From Pecten maximus (Eukaryota), in NCBI RefSeq assembly GCF_902652985.1, contig NC_047020.1, forward strand, positions 12,400,001 through 12,464,000: a DNA stretch of 64,000 nucleotides, given 5' to 3'. This document shows positions 47,125 through 59,417 of this stretch, piece after piece. A model generated the notes under the pieces. It was not told the origin of the DNA, searched no databases, and saw only the letters and a program-made list of their open reading frames with translations. Numbering within the stretch: position 1 is the first letter of the stretch; every line of letters begins with the position of its first letter. The position numbers and the translations under genes are program-made.

Positions 47125-48184
47125 TGTCACAGGGTTATATTTTATGTAAAATCATTGTATGTTATATTTCATGGAGTGTGCATCTTTAATGTACTGTTGG
47201 TATTTGTTTGGTGTGAGAAACCTTAATAGGAATGAAAGGAATGTGAGTATGTATGACATGTGACCTGACATGGACAATTTCATTGGACAGTTTTTACCTG
47301 TATTGCATGTTTTTAATCCTCTTAGTATTTCAAATCACTTCTCTTCTGGCGCTCTAGCTGAAAACAATCTGTAGAAGTCAGAGCCTAAATTATATTGAAG
47401 ATCTGGTGAGTTTTTACTTTCATTTGATACTATTTTGTAACTAAGTATATATTAATGTTGTATTATAAAACAACATGTAATATTGTGTTTTAATAAGTAT
47501 TTTGAAAAGATCTGTGTAGAAAGCATATCTGGTACTTTGTCAGAAGTTATGTGCTTCATGTATGTTTAATTGGAATTGATAGATATCATAATACAATATA
47601 TTTTGTATATGACGTTTTTATTTGTATATATATTAGACCAGATTATTCATTGATTACAGCTGGTGATTACTTGTGAATCTGGTTGGTGGTAATGAATAAT
47701 GTTCCGGAAACCTCCGCATGATATGTGGGGTGAGTTGTAGTTCTGGTTGTTTTAATTGTATAGTACATTATGTACATGGTGATTTTGTCTGTAGGAAAAT
47801 TACCAATGTTTTATATATATTAATAGTAATGTAAGTGATAAAGGTAGGGATAATTTCCTAATTTGATATTTGTATATCTATTGTGTCTAAATAGTGAATA
47901 ACTAGTTTGATATATTCTAGTTATCGATATGTGTATTCTAAAAACATAAATGTATTAGTATTTGGTTCTGTTAACGTATTTATAACAGAAATTGTGCCAT
48001 CTCTTTGTTATCGGTTCAAATATGTTACATGTAAGAGTTATGTCCCTTGATTGTCATGTCTGTAGTTTAGTATGTATGTGTGTATGATTAGTATTTCTTG
48101 TAATTGTAGGGTTTTATTAATGGATAATAAAACTACCATGAACAACAAAGTGGCATTGGATTATATATACCCACACCTGTAACA
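47125..48184 (+). repeat. 3' LTR
   Basis: Same length and apparent sequence as the 5' LTR; followed by the TATA TSD. Confidence 0.95.
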
Positions 48185-48193
48185 TATATATTA

Positions 48194-48600
48194 GGAGGCA
48201 CTTTGGTCTAGTGATAGGACGCACGGCTGCGTGACCGATACCGAAGGGTCCTTGCTTTCAGTGCCGGTGTCACGTTGAAAATCGACATAGTATGGAAATT
48301 CCGGCTACGCATTCAACGTTTAAATCTGACCCCGGTTCTATTTTCAAAGAGGTCAATTTTCAACCTTATACCGGCACGGGTACTGTAATGTTGTATCCCA
48401 GAGCAATATACTGTTTCTATTCAGCTGTAAAGGAGTACGCGATAGGGCAATGCATGCAATGTGTGTAAGCTAGCTGTTGGCGCCTAAATGGTATCTACGA
48501 CAGTATGCTCACCTGGGAGTTGAAAAAGACATTGACAGGTTTCTAAAAGGCCCAATAACCACGGATGATAATTTTATGAACGCTTTAAGTCGACTTTATA
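48194..48600 (+). mobile_element. Decayed tRNA-derived SINE interrupted by a ~117-bp MITE (48261-48377)
   Basis: A-box-like TGGTCTAGTG at the 5' end; SINE-like body (CAGTATGCTC..CTGGGAGTTGA). The insert has imperfect TIRs GTGCCGGTGTCACGTTGAAAAT / ATTTTCAACCTTATACCGGCAC. Confidence 0.45.
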
Positions 48601-50186
48601 TTCCTGAGATACAATGATAAATAAAAACATATCGGTACTGTATGTCTATTATTTTTACACTATATAGCCATCCTGAACTCCTCAAGAAATCTACTGATAT
48701 CGTCTTTCGATGACAATACCCGATGATTTCAGGATGACTGGATTACCTGTTTTTCTACTCTCCGTTTGGCTCCGAAGCCTAGCGGAGAGAAATGGTACTA
48801 AAGCTGGTCATTCAGTCTAGTGTTCATATGAATGTGGTCGCTTTTGAGACAACGAGCCTCAGATCAACAAAACGTTTGAAATTATAACGGCATTTCCTGG
48901 TCAACGTGACGCTTGTATGGAAATAGAATTAGGTTTAATTATTATGTTACGTGTACACTAGGAAAGATCTGTCTGAAAGACAATTACTTTATAGCCAAGT
49001 TTACAAAGCCTTACAGAGACAAGTATATTAAACAGACATGAAAATCGACATCGTCTCCAACTTAATCTACAATACGTAAAAAAAACCAAATGCATTGCAA
49101 ACACCAGAAGGCAAGTTATATATCATTAAATAGTCTAGTTATAATATTATACCGAAATACAATGCATGATCGTCCAAATCCTTTGGGTGATTAAGATGTA
49201 TTCGTTAATTATCATTATCTCTCTCTCTCTATATATATTTATATATTGTATATATAACTTCATAAAAATAAACTTCATAGTTCGCAGGAATCTAACTTCA
49301 TTTGATATTTATCAAATCTGCTCAGTTGCGTCTATAATTCATAAGTTAAGTATGTAATATACATCTGAAAATAGAACGTGGACCAACACTGCACGCGCCG
49401 AGGTACATCCCCGGATGAGAAAGCACGGGTTTGTTTATCACATGCAGAGACATTTCACTGCCAATTGGTGGTGACTTTTCAGGTTTAACTCATCTTTCAT
49501 TTTTGACTTACAGACTTACGTTGACCTTGTAAGTAGTATATGCTGTTGCGATTTTGCCTATTCCTTTTATTTGTCTTCGCGGCAGAAACCAGTACGTCTG
49601 ATCGACGTTAGGCTACTTTGATCGCCAGTCCGCCATTCTTAAAAACAAACCAATTTGCACATGCCTGTATGGCATATTCCACGGCTCATCTACATATAGA
49701 GAGTGGAACACTGCATTAGAGATTCACGGTAATCAGTGGTTAGATCGCCGGTCTCAATTGCAAACATGAAAAACTACGGTATTAATTCTCACATTATTTC
49801 AGAGTGTAGTCATAAGATAAAAGTTTAGAGTCGAAAGATTGTAAAAAAGCAAACAAGGAAGATAGCGCCTTTAAATATGAATTAGTCCCGTGCACATCAA
49901 AATTGACGTTTACATTTTTATAGTATCGATAGCGAGCTGCATTGACCCCATGCTTTAATCGATTTCATAATGAAGGGTTAAAATACTCCTGCTGCTGTTT
50001 CCGAGTATACTACACGAATGGTTGTTGATTTATTGTCTTCTGTTGTGTCAGGGGAATTAAATCACGAAAAATGCATGTTATTTGCTTCAACCGTTTGATG
50101 AAACCGCAAAAAATTGTATTACCGAAAAAAAAAAAACAATCTCTACAGTAACTGGTCTACGCGTGACACGTGACAGTATAACTTAC

Positions 50187-50410
50187 CGTCGTGACATGTA
50201 GATAGATCCATCCGCGCTGATGCGTACGAATACATTCGGCGTAGTTATATTATGTTGAGTAGAACGTCTTCCATTCAGGAAATAAGTGTTAGGCTTCCAG
50301 ATGTACTTGAGGAAGGCTGTGCTGAGGGTAACCTTGGTGATATTCTCCAAGTTGAATTTAAGTCTTTCGTCATGCCATCTTTGTCGTAGATAACACTGCA
50401 TAGAGTACGA
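50187..50410 (-). CDS. Receptor exon: loops D, A and E (SYSMQCYLRQRWHDERLKF...IWKPNTYFLNG...HNITTPN...DGSIYMSRR)
   Basis: 224 nt; acceptor at 50411-50412; donor GTAAG at 50186; RQ.W.D.RL and IW.P..YF.NG motifs. Confidence 0.95.
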
Positions 50411-50901
50411 CTGTAGATAAAAATAGAATATATGTCGTAAACATAACTTTACAACTTCATTTACACTTCTACACACTGTCCCTTATGATATTTAAGAAGT
50501 TCGCCGTCAATATAACCCTTTGATAAATCTTTGTTTGCAATCGCGATGTTTTCCATCAAAATTATATTTCAATTTGAAACGATTTAAGACAGCATATTAT
50601 ACCATAAGATACTAATATCTTGAATAGATTCAAGATTTGTATTACTCTCTGACTTTATTACTCTCTGACTTTATTACTCTCTGACACACCTGAGTGTGTG
50701 TAACACGAGGTCAAACAAGTGCACAGCAATGTTACAACTACAGGGTACTAGGAAGTACTTCATACAGAAGTTAGTCAATATTAAATTATTACTCTGCATA
50801 TTTCTAAATCACTGATGCTGACTCTGGCTGCAAAAATAATTAAAATAACACACAGACGACAGCAACAGATAATTCCATTGTTCACCTGAACCATTACTTA
50901 C

Positions 50902-50969
50902 CATTTCTGTTTCCAACACTGGACCCATACTTCTGACCAGGATGTCCGTCTCGATTCGGAGTGGATCAC
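50902..50969 (-). CDS. Receptor exon (GDPLRIETDILVRSMGPVLETEM)
   Basis: 68 nt; acceptor at 50970-50971; donor GTAAG at 50901; similar to GABA-A alpha TDI.V.S.GPV...M. Confidence 0.92.
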
Positions 50970-51142
50970 CTTCAGCAGACAAAGAACACAAGCTAATGCC
51001 GTATGTATTAAGAGCAAATAACGACATATCAACAAAAGGTTATCGTGCCACAAAATGAAAATAGGTAAAGCTGCAAAACACAGGGCGGAAACATTGAAAG
51101 TGTGAAAAAGAACAGATTTAAGAGTTTTGTTATTCCCTTATC

Positions 51143-51679
51143 CTGCCCTGCAGGTAGGGCGTAAGAATTGTACCTGCTGCCCCCATTGTATGATCGTAAG
51201 AGGTGACTAAATTTGGGATCTTATCTTTTCTCTTCTTTCTTAACAACTTTCTTATTCCTAACGTCTCCCTTGACACTGCCTCACTTTTGGCCTTTAGTTG
51301 AGCGTTCGCCCCTGTGAGGAAGGCTTTGGGTTCTGTCCCCTAGCCGAGACATACCAGAGTCTTTAAAAATGGTAGTTGCTACTCCTGCTTAGCGCTCAGC
51401 ATATTTGGAGTGGGACGACTGATTGGCCCGTTGTCAGGATAATGTGACCGGGTGGGGTGTGCTGCTGGGTGTCTTCGGCAGTATGCTTCAGTGAGGTTGC
51501 ACTTTAAATCGGCAAAAGTTCCGGCCTATCACAAGGAGACTTAACACGAACATACCACAGCCTCCCAAAGCACACATACGCACTCACCCACGCATGCATG
51601 TCGCACGCACGGGAGGCCGTCCTTAAATGACCTTAGCTGTTAATAGGACGTTAAACTAAATAAACCAAACCAAACCAAA
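51143..51679 (+). mobile_element. Full-length composite SINE with a 12-bp TSD and an (ACCAA)n tail
   Basis: TATTCCCTTATC at 51131-51142 and 51680-51691; internal tRNA-like segment (TAGTTGAGCG...GGGTTCTGTCCC); 3' end GACCTTAGCTGTTAATAGGACGTTAAAC plus tail. Confidence 0.85.
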
Positions 51680-52017
51680 TATTCCCTTATCAATATGAAG
51701 GAAACATAAAAGAAACCCTGACTCCAAATCAATCCGAACCTTTCCAGCTACTAACTTACATTGTCGCCTCATAAGTATGATAGATGATTTTTAGCCAGGT
51801 TACTCTGTAAAACGGCATGAATAATCACACTGGAGCTAAAAGGTAAAACATGCAAAAATAGCAAATGAATCATGTTCTTTTTACCCCTTGGAGGACAACT
51901 AACTGTACACACGGATATCCAAAATGTTACTATGAGAGCAGCAGATCTAATTTTGGTCTATGTTAACATTAAAACATGAATATGCATATAAATAGAAACG
52001 AAACTAACAAATAGGAA

Positions 52018-52410
52018 GTTTGTTTAACGTCCTCGTTACATCCAGGGTCATATGAGGACGGTTGTCAAGGAGATACAAACAACCAGGGTCAAATGAGGAC
52101 GGATGTCAAGGAGATACCAACAGTCAGGGTCATATGAGGACGGATGTCAAGAAGATACCGACAGCCAGGGTCAAATGAGGACGGATGTCAAGGAGATACC
52201 AACAGTCAGGGTCATATGAGGACGGATGTCAAGGAGATACAGACAACCAGGGTCATATGAGGACGGATGTCAAGAAGATACCGACAGTCAGGGTCATATG
52301 AGGACGGATGTCAAGGAGATACAGACAACCAGGGTCATATGAGGACGGATGTCAAGAAGATACCAACAGTCAGGGTTAAATGAAAATTGGTGCCAAGGAG
52401 ATACCAACAA
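52018..52410. repeat. ~41-bp minisatellite, about 9 copies, grown from an inverted SINE 3' end
   Basis: GTTTAACGTCCTCGTTACATCCAGGGTCATATGAGGACGG resembles the reverse complement of the SINE tail at 51617-51657. The unit CAGGGTCATATGAGGACGGATGTCAAGGAGATACCAACAGT then repeats. Confidence 0.85.
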
Positions 52411-52554
52411 CAGAAAACAAAGCACATGATGACAGATCAGTGATGAAAAAAGAAAATAAGTTATTAATTGTAAATCCATCTTAAAGGAATCAATGGATTA
52501 AAACAAAATGTTACATTTTTTTCTGTTAAGATATAATCATGCATGGTCTATCAA

Positions 52555-53129
52555 TGATGTATATTGAGTCTATCTGACGACATACTGATGTATATTGAGT
52601 TTATCTGACGACATACTGATGTATATTGAGTTTATCTGACGACATACTGATGTATTTTGAGTCTATCTGACGATATACTGATGTATTTTGAGTCTATCTA
52701 ACGACATACTGATGTATATTGAGTCTATCTGACGACATACTGATGTATATTGAGTCTATCTGACGACATACTGATGTAAATTGAGTCTATCTGACGATAT
52801 AGTGATGTATATTGAGTCTATCTGACGATATACTGATGTATATCGAGTCTATCTGACGATATACTGATGTATATTGAGTCTATCTGACGACATACTGATG
52901 TATATTAAGTCTATCTGACGACATAGTGATGTATATTGAGTTTATCTGACGACATACTGATGTATATTGAGTCTATCTGACGACATACTGATGTATATTA
53001 AGTCTATCTGACGACATAGTGATGTATATTGAGTCTATCTGACGACATACTGATGTATATCGTGTCTATCTGACGATATACTGATGTATATTGAGTCTAT
53101 CTGACGATATGCTGATGTATATTGAGTCT
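52555..53129. repeat. 31-bp minisatellite, about 18 copies
   Basis: Unit CTGATGTATATTGAGTCTATCTGACGACATA. Confidence 0.93.
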
Positions 53130-53589
53130 GAATAAATCTGAATAAATACAAGTAGAATATGACCATGCTTTCCGAGTAAGAATCTTCTTCCTTATTGATG
53201 ATAGGCCTGTGTAGTGTGAATTTTGATATCCATCATAATTACGGCATATCATTTCATATAAATATCGACCGTATATGCAAGACTTTCCACTTTTCGATAA
53301 TCTTACTATAACTCAAGTCCAACATGTTTCCTTTAACGTGCCCTCGCCGCTTTCATTTAATCCTAGACCATTGGGAGGGGGAGGGGATGAAGGCACCGGC
53401 GCTTTTTCCTACCCGTGACCTTGGCATGCGTTCTATTGATTTATTAAGCTGGAGAATATTTGCCTTTTATAGGAAAGAAACGGATTTAGATCAGGCGAAC
53501 TACTCTTGAAACTATCTATTTCATCTGGAATATAATGCAGATTGATAGCTATGGTAGAACTATAGCTGACTGTTTAGTACCCAGCTGTT

Positions 53590-53613
53590 CACACACACAC
53601 ACACACACACACA
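53590..53613. repeat. (CA)n microsatellite
   Basis: Direct inspection. Confidence 0.9.
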
Positions 53614-53986
53614 GCTATCGCACTTAATCGCTATGCAATACACTCCGTAAAATGGAGACCGTATATAATTCTATAAAATGAATTCGGCTTTGGAGTATTT
53701 ACTTAGCATTCAATAGCGTTCTGTATTTTATCAAGATAAAACTCTTAGCATAGAGTATGAAGCGCATTTCTTTGTTTTTATTTGCTATTTATTTTATGTT
53801 TTGTTTGTGACAAATGTAAATCAATACATCATAAATGTTGGTAGATTAAAAGATTGTCAGTATAAATGTTCCCTGTATACGTATGTCCGAATTATCAAGG
53901 CATGTCTAACATTGCTCTGGGATCATTGATGAATCGGAAGACGCTTACTATGTCGGAACACCTGGTCCCTGTACTTTGTCGGAGGT

Positions 53987-54246
53987 CTTTGTACATATCT
54001 ATACTTTGTACATATCTATACTTTGTACATATTTATACTTTGTACATATCTATACTTTGTACATATCTATACTTTGTACATATTTATACTTTGTACATAT
54101 CTATACTTTATACATATCTATACTTTGTATATATCTATACTTTGTACATATCTATACTTTGTATATATCTATACTTTGTATATATCTATACTTTATACAT
54201 ATCTATACTTTGGACATATCTATACTTTGTACATATCTATCCTTGT
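53987..54246. repeat. 17-bp minisatellite, about 15 copies
   Basis: Unit CTTTGTACATATCTATA. Confidence 0.93.
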
Positions 54247-55214
54247 TCATATTTTGCCCTCGTTTTGGCGATTTTGAGTTGGATTATGGTTTCGTGATGA
54301 TGTCGGTATTTTTTTTAATTGTTGTTTAATAAAAACAATCAGATTATATATAAATATGCCGAATAATGGATATATAACCGCACCACGCAACTCATTTGGC
54401 CTCCGACTTATCGGTGATGCTAGGAGCCGAAACTGAACATTCTAAAGGAAAGCCAGAGAATCAAGAAAAGAGTCTTGATAGATATTTAAATATAGAACGG
54501 GAAATTCACCAGAAATAAAGGTGATAGCGTCGAGATAGGATTGACAGTGGTTAAGTGGGAGGCTCAGACAAAGTAGAGAATAATCGACATTTTAATACCC
54601 CGTGAAACTTAAACTACATAAAATCGCAATAGAATAGTATAGAACAAGTGATTGTGTATGCTGCTAAGGGAGAGGGAAAACGCCATCAGGGTTTCACGAG
54701 CAACTGATATCTCCAGAACAGCATTGCAGAAGTTTGTAGTTTTATTTGCTAAAATGTATCGTCTAACAGCGTGACAAGGGGATTTTGTGATGAAGGGAGT
54801 GAGGTTTACGTCGGCTTGTCGGATACCATACCATGACTGACAACATACAAATAAACCTGTACACGATTGATATTTGAAATGCATGAACCAGCATGGAAAT
54901 GAATCCACGGATAGAACACAGAATATATAAAAGCAATTTAGCATAGCTTCGTGTAGCCAAGGATATCTCTAGTTAAGACTTTCCGTTCCGATTTTGAAGC
55001 CCCAGGGATTAACCAATGGAATCGAAAAGTCAAATAAAAAGCTGCTATTCGCTCTTAATCTAATGGTATTGTTTCCCTTAAAGAGAATTGTTGGCTTTCG
55101 GTTAAAACTATAATTTCTAAAATGGATTTATACGGCGTAAGTTAAATTGGAAAACTCTTATTACAAATACTCAGTCCGATTAATGGCATATCGTAAAGGC
55201 AAGTCATCCGTCAA

Positions 55215-56470
55215 CCATAGCCAAGAAAACCATAGACATACTCAGCATCGTCACCCATAGCCTAAAACCCAGACATACTCATCACCGTCACACATAGCCG
55301 AGCAACCCATAGGTATACTCATCACCGTCACCCATAGCCTAGAACCCATAGGCATACTCATCACCGTCACCCATAGCCTAGAACCCATAGACATACTCAT
55401 CACCGTCACCCATAGCCTAGAACCAATAGGCATACTCATCACCGTCACCCATAGCCGAGCAACCTATAGGTATACTCATCACCGTCACCCATAGCCTAGA
55501 ACCCATAGGCATACTCATCACCGTCACCCATAGCCTAGAACCCATAGGCATACTCATCACCGTCACCCATAGCCTAGAACCCATAGACATACTCATCACC
55601 GTCATCCATAGCCTAGAACCCATAGGCATACTCATCACCGTCACCCATAGCCGAGCAACCAATAGGTATACTCATCACCGTCACCCATAGCCTAGAACCC
55701 ATAGGTATACTCATCACCGTCACCCATAGCCTAGAACCCATAGGTATACTCATCACCGTCACCCATAGCCTAGAACACATAGACATACTCATCACCGTCA
55801 TCCATAGCCTAGAACCCATAGACATCCTCATCACCGTCACCCATAGCCTAGAACCCATAGACATACTCATCACCGTCACCCATAGCCAAGAACCCATAGG
55901 CATACTCATCACCGTCACCCATAGTCAATAACCCATAGGCATACTCATCACCGTCACCCATAGCCTAGAACCCATAGACATACTCATCACCGTCATCCAT
56001 AGCCGAGCAACCCATAGGCATACTCATCACCGTCACCCATAGCCAAGCAACCCATAGACATACTCATCACCGTCACCCATAGCCTAAAACCCATAGACAT
56101 ACTCACCACCGTCACCCATAGCCAAGAACACATATGTATACTCATCACCGTCACCCATAGCCAAGAACCCATAGGCATACTCACCACCGTCACCCATAGC
56201 CAAGAACCCATAGGCATACTCACCACCGTCACCCATAGCCAAGAACCCATAGACATACTCATCACCGTCACCCATAGCCAAAAACCCATAGGCATACTCA
56301 CCACCGTCACCCATAGCCAAGAACCCATAGGCATACTCATCACCGTCACCCATAGCCAAGAACACATAGGTATACTCATCACCGTCACCCATAGTCTAGA
56401 ACACACATATATACTCATCATTTGTCAGCTATAGTTGAGAAACCCATAGACATACTGATCATCCGTCACC
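55215..56470. repeat. 39-bp minisatellite, about 32 copies
   Basis: Unit CCCATAGCCTAGAACCCATAGGCATACTCATCACCGTCA; the 13-codon period produces the repetitive ORFs. Confidence 0.93.
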
Positions 56471-57571
56471 AGCTACGGTAATAGTTCAGAAAATCAGCAA
56501 AACAGAATAACATACAACATCGCATTAAGACAATTTGAAGGCATGTCGATTCCCCGATCGGACCTGAAAAGGTATATTGTCACTTGTCCGACCACGTGGG
56601 CCTTCCCTGCTGCCTTATAGTAATTCCATACTCATATGTTGATCCACACAGTCATGTTTATACTTATTTTACTATTTCCTATCCACCTATACAGGTATTG
56701 GGTGTACTGTCCCAATACACAAAGGAAGCAGTATTTAGTAGGCGGTAACCACGTAACTAAACAGTGAAGGTCATCGCAAAAAAGTTCATCCGTCACTATA
56801 TCGACCTATATGTTAACTGTAAATATTCGTTTAATTTTCTAGACTATATTTAAGGGTCTCAAGTACCCTGTCAGAAAAATAACACAGCCAACGTGGAAGA
56901 TACAGCGGAGATGATATTCAATACAGCTCACCGCTTCATTGTCTCTTGATTACGTAATTATGTTCGACCAACCCAGGAAATATATCGTCGGTATCAAAAT
57001 GGAAGACAACAGTCAGTGTATACGGATCACTACCACGTCTGAAGCAGATAAAATATTTTCTGTATGTGTTGGTATCTTACCAATTCCAACTTTCTTTGTG
57101 AAATTGAACACGAGCGGTCCAAAAGGTCCTAGATTTTGAGTGTGCTACTAAAAGCACATTTTTACGACAACATAAGTTGCCGCATTGAAATTTTTTTTTA
57201 TATCTACATGTTACTGAGGTTCAATAATTATCACTGCCAACATGCATCCAATAGAAAATACGTTGATTTGCAATAAAATCTGTAATGGTCTCCATGCCGA
57301 CCGTATTACGCATGTAACTGTGACAGACTATTGGCCTGCGTTCAGTTAATATGACCTGATACGGCATTAAACGGCAGTATATATCTGGCAATAAAAATCA
57401 AAATAGATGTAAAAAGTTGAGAGAATGTTAAGGTTTCTTGTAAGGTCTAATGGCGACTTTCTGCGACTTTCATTAAAAAATTGTGATTTTATCCTGTATA
57501 ATTATTACATTGAATATCGTTTTATGTCTTAAATTGGTCTTGGCTTAAGGTGGCCTTTTTGATGAGTTAGA

Positions 57572-57800
57572 TACTGTAAACATATATGATTTAGCGGTTA
57601 CCATATTTTAGCGATTTTCGTGCTCAAGGCGTCCCCCTAAATTATGATTTCGCTAACTGGCCATTTGACGCTAATTAGGGTTTCTTTATATAGTTTTCTA
57701 AGGCAAGCAATGTGGATGCGAAGATTCTTTCTTAAGCTAACCTGCTTAAGCCGAGTTATGCGCTAAATTAAAGTGTGCTTAACTATGTAAGTGTACAATA
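57572..57800. mobile_element. Decayed TACTGTAAA-type MITE
   Basis: Left end TACTGTAAAC...TTTAGCG subrepeats; right side CGCTAAAT...GTACAATA. Confidence 0.35.
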
Positions 57801-59322
57801 TTTGATGTATTTGAACCCTCACATAGACTCGAGAAGGATGTCTTTATCAGTCGGGATGGTCACAGCGACAACTGTTTTCCGAGAGTAACGACTAAAACGT
57901 ACAGGAAAGCAGACGAATATAACTACCGATCTTTCCGAATAGTTCATTTCTCCGTCATATTTCCATAGATCAGAAAAGGCTAATGAAGACTAGAATTGTT
58001 CTTGGCAGAACAATGAAATTGGTCACCTTTCCCAAATAACCCTTGTCTGAAAATCTTCAATCACAATCGACGTTACGCAATCAGAGTATACACGAGAGAG
58101 AGTCTTGCCGGAATTGTCCATGCCTGCTTGTTGTCTTAAAGGTCAAACAGACGCAACAGCATACATAACTCTCCGACAGTCGTTCCGGAGTTCAAACAAT
58201 GAAAAATTCCATCAAAGTGGTAAAATAGCACTTGTATCGGGCAAGGGACGGTATAACATGTCCAGTACGACAAAAAAACCAATTGGATTACCCTTTCTTA
58301 AATGCCTCAAATAGACCAGAGAGTAATTCACTATTTCCTTATGATTGAAAGCCAATTTGATCCTTACAAAGCTAATGCCGATAGCTTCGCTGTGCCAATA
58401 TTGCTTCAAAGCTAGCGAAATTGAATTTACTGTAGTTTGCTTGGCAAATGACAAACCAGAACAGACCTAACTGAAGGAATACAGGATCCGGAGAAAGCTT
58501 GTGATGGATGGGCACATGCCAAGCAAGCGCTCTAACGACTGGTTGATGGCGTATGTAAATACCCTTGGAAACAAATAGATACATTTCCAGTGAAGGCTGG
58601 GTGATTTGGTAGGTCGAACATAACCACGAGACAGAGAGCCACGTTTGGGCCCATAAAAACAAGAATTACACAGTATTTTCTCTCTTTTTTTTATCGCAGA
58701 CTTTCAGAAAATAGATTATGTAAGGTTTCAATGAATGTTTAGTGACATCTCAGAGCATTTCTAAGACGTAACTACGGATTATTTCCATATTGGAAGTGAC
58801 ACATCATTAAAATTTCATCCCCCAGAAGTTGTCCGTGGGAGAGGCAGTTCTGTTCACTGTTCTGATTACACCCAAATACGTTACACAATTGAAAACTCCG
58901 AATTTGCTAGCACGGCGGTAATGCATTGTCACTTTTACATTAAATATTGGACAGAAATAAATGACTGAATACTTTCCATAGACAAAGAGGGAAAACGGCA
59001 GTAAATCTAATACGGTGGTGTGGTAAGATGGAAACAAATGGGCGGATAGAACGGAAATATACACACAAACGAGGAGTCTGTATACTTGTTGTGGCATACG
59101 ATATATGACATAATATATATGTATAGTGAAAGATACATAAAGGCAGGAGGCAAAACAGATACTCGTTCAGCTGGAGGTCAACATATATCCATTTTTACTG
59201 CCTGTCAATTTTTAAGTTATTATCACAGATTGTTACCAAATCCTACATGTGGTGAAGCCAGAATATATTCATATTGATGTACAGTACACAAACTTGATCT
59301 GGAACCGTGGCCAACAACGTAC

Positions 59323-59417
59323 CTCCAAATCCAGGGCGAACCTCTTTGTGATAATTTGTCAGCAGCTGGTTTAACAGGCGAGTGACGTTCTCCATCGGTG
59401 ACAATGACATCATCACA
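59323..59417 (-). CDS. Receptor exon: N-terminal helix (VMMSLSPMENVTRLLNQLLTNYHKEVRPGFG)
   Basis: 95 nt; strong acceptor T10-CAG at 59418-59430; donor GTACGT at 59322; matches the L..LL..Y....RPG.G motif. Read in a different frame from the supplied ORF. Confidence 0.9.

Larger units (their letters stand above)
41453..48184 (+). mobile_element. Young Ty3/Gypsy LTR retrotransposon, gag-less, antisense in the receptor intron
   Basis: Two 1060-bp LTRs (TGTCACAGG...CCTGTAACA); TATA TSD at 41449-41452 and 48185-48188; PBS; PPT; long pol ORF. Confidence 0.95.
15931..59417 (-). other. Cys-loop ligand-gated anion-channel subunit gene, GABA-A receptor alpha-like; 8 coding exons, 5' exon missing
   Basis: Exons of 95, 68, 224, 83, 144, 153, 212 and 276 nt with GT-AG boundaries join in one frame. 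The product has the Cys-loop, four TM helices and the PAR motif. Confidence 0.93.

Noticed and set aside
1-48184. Idea that the SGNH element and the gag-less Gypsy are two halves of one system
   Set aside because: Their LTR sequences and PBSs differ and neither supplies Gag, so nothing in this window links them.
53866-56421. Repetitive ORFs (YLYFVHIYT..., MGDGDEYAYG..., WVTVMSMPMGS...)
   Set aside because: Translations of 17-bp and 39-bp minisatellites, with scattered stops and no splice support.
58100-58660. Cluster of short ORFs including an HNH-containing stretch reminiscent of a FLYWCH/MULE remnant
   Set aside because: Too degenerate; there is no consistent frame.
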